64,000 nt of DNA from Alphaproteobacteria bacterium (GTDB taxonomy: Bacteria; Pseudomonadota; Alphaproteobacteria; MPNO01), in the NCBI GenBank assembly GCA_964291675.2, contig OZ219866.1:1664001-1728000 (forward strand), given 5' to 3'. Numbering within the stretch: the stretch's first letter is position 1; every line of letters begins with the position of its first letter. Below are positions 62,539 through 64,000 of the stretch, in pieces. The position numbers and the translations under genes are program-made. The notes beneath the pieces are model-generated. The model was not told the DNA's origin. It made no database searches and saw only the letters and a program-made list of their open reading frames with translations.

Positions 62539-64000
62539 ATGGTTGCGGGAATCCACACCGTCGCGTTCCACGGTATCGAGGTCCTCGACATCGAAGTGCA
62601 GGTCCAGGTGGTGGGTGGGCTGCCCAACTTCGTCGTCGTGGGGCTGCCCGACAAGGCGGTGGCCGAGTCGCGCGAGCGCGTGCGCGGGGCGCTGACCTCG
62701 ATCGGGCTGTCGCTGCCGCCCCGGCGCATCATCGTCAACCTCTCCCCGGCCGATGTCGTCAAGGAGGGGAGCCATTTCGACCTGCCCATCGCGCTCGGCC
62801 TGCTGCTGATCATGGACGTGCTGCCGTCGGATGCGGTCGACGGCCATGTGGCGCTCGGCGAGCTCGCCCTCGACGGCTCGATCCGGCCGGTGGCGGGCGT
62901 GCTGCTGGCGGCGATGGCCGCGGCGGGATCGGACCGGGGGCTGATCTGCCCGGCGGCGTCCGGCGGCGAGGCCGCGTTCGCCGGCGGCGGCGACGTGCTC
63001 GCCCCGCAGGGGCTGATCCACCTGATCAACCATTTCAGGGGCGTCCAGCTTCTGACCCCGCCCGAGCCCCGGCTTGCCGAGGATGCCGGCCCGGTCCTCG
63101 ACCTGCGCGACATCAGGGGCCAGGAGATCGCCAAGCGGGCGCTCGAGATCGCCGCCGCCGGCGGGCACAACATGCTGATGGTCGGCCCGCCCGGTGCCGG
63201 CAAGTCCATGCTCGCGTCCCGGCTTCCCGGAATCCTGCCGCCGCTCGACCCCGCCGAGACCCTGGAGATCTCGATGATCCACTCGGCCGCCGGGACTCTC
63301 GCCGACGGCACGCTGTCGCGCAGCCGCCCGTTCCGCGACCCGCACCACACGGCGTCGACCGCCGCGATCGTCGGCGGCGGACAGCGGGTGCGCCCGGGCG
63401 AGGTGTCGCTTGCCCATAACGGCGTGCTGTTCCTCGACGAACTGCCGGAGTTCAACCGCGCGGCGCTGGAGGCGCTGCGCCAGCCGATCGAGACCGGCGA
63501 GGCGGTGATCGCGCGCGCCAACATCCATGTCAGCTATCCGGCGCGCTTCCAGCTCGTGGCCGCGATGAACCCCTGCCGCTGCGGCTGGCTCGACGACCCC
63601 GGCCAAGCCTGCAGCCGCGCGCCGCGCTGCGCCGTCGATTACCAGGCGCGGATCTCGGGACCTCTGTTCGACCGCATCGACCTGCACATCGACGTGCCGG
63701 CGGTCGACCTCGCCGATCTCGCCCTGCCGCCCCCGGCCGAAGGCTCCGCCGAGGTCGCGGCCCGGGTCGGCGCGGCGCGCGTGCTGCAGTCGGCCCGCTA
63801 CGAGGGCGCGGGCATCCGCACCAACGCCGAGGCCCAGGGCGAGGCGCTCGATGCCGCCGCCGCGCCGGGCGCGGAGGGCAGGGAGCTGCTGGTCCGGGCC
63901 GCCGAGGCGCTCAAGCTGACGGCGCGCGGATACCACCGGGTGCTGCGCGTCGCGCGCACCATCGCCGATCTCGACGGCGCCGCCGATGTCACCCGTCCGC
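62539..64000 (+). CDS. comM: YifB/ComM family Mg-chelatase-like AAA ATPase (runs off the window end)
   Basis: Manual translation MVAGIHTVAFHGIE.., VVGLPDKAVAESRERV, KEGSHFDLP, GPPGAGKS, PFRDPHH, FLDELPEF. Confidence 0.92.
   Translation, partial: MVAGIHTVAFHGIEVLDIEVQVQVVGGLPNFVVVGLPDKAVAESRERVRGALTSIGLSLPPRRIIVNLSPADVVKEGSHFDLPIALGLLLIMDVLPSDAVDGHVALGELALDGSIRPVAGVLLAAMAAAGSDRGLICPAASGGEAAFAGGGDVLAPQGLIHLINHFRGVQLLTPPEPRLAEDAGPVLDLRDIRGQEIAKRALEIAAAGGHNMLMVGPPGAGKSMLASRLPGILPPLDPAETLEISMIHSAAGTLADGTLSRSRPFRDPHHTASTAAIVGGGQRVRPGEVSLAHNGVLFLDELPEFNRAALEALRQPIETGEAVIARANIHVSYPARFQLVAAMNPCRCGWLDDPGQACSRAPRCAVDYQARISGPLFDRIDLHIDVPAVDLADLALPPPAEGSAEVAARVGAARVLQSARYEGAGIRTNAEAQGEALDAAAAPGAEGRELLVRAAEALKLTARGYHRVLRVARTIADLDGAADVTRP

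Overview
High-GC alphaproteobacterial (Rhodospirillales-like) chromosome segment. Housekeeping blocks: pheA-nudC-ffs-dnaX-ybaB-recR-def-fmt-truA; dapE-dapD-argB-engB-yidC-yidD-rnpA-rpmH; grpE-hrcA-rph-rdgB; soxBDAG-hemW-rsmI-yraN-gshB-comM. Three accessory regions interrupt them. (1) About 14.8-21.0 kb: decayed phage tail fragments around an orphan membrane gene, then a tripartite tricarboxylate transporter and an arylsulfotransferase. (2) About 25.0-43.9 kb: a proteusin (NHLP) RiPP cluster. It has an 83-aa precursor with core LCCCW, a flavin-dependent halogenase, a YcaO cyclodehydratase, NHLP ABC exporters, MMPL and LolA-like proteins, and three unusual tailoring genes: an NHLP-leader/class II terpene cyclase fusion, a candidate prenyltransferase, and an AlkB-like diiron enzyme fused to a catalytically degenerate GlnE domain. 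(3) An outer-membrane beta-barrel gene plus soxBDAG between rdgB and hemW. From memory, the LCCCW/halogenase/YcaO core matches the srp clusters of marine sponge microbiomes. The extra genes suggest a brominated, thiazoline-containing peptide-terpenoid hybrid (inference). All calls come from motif recognition by eye; no searches were run.
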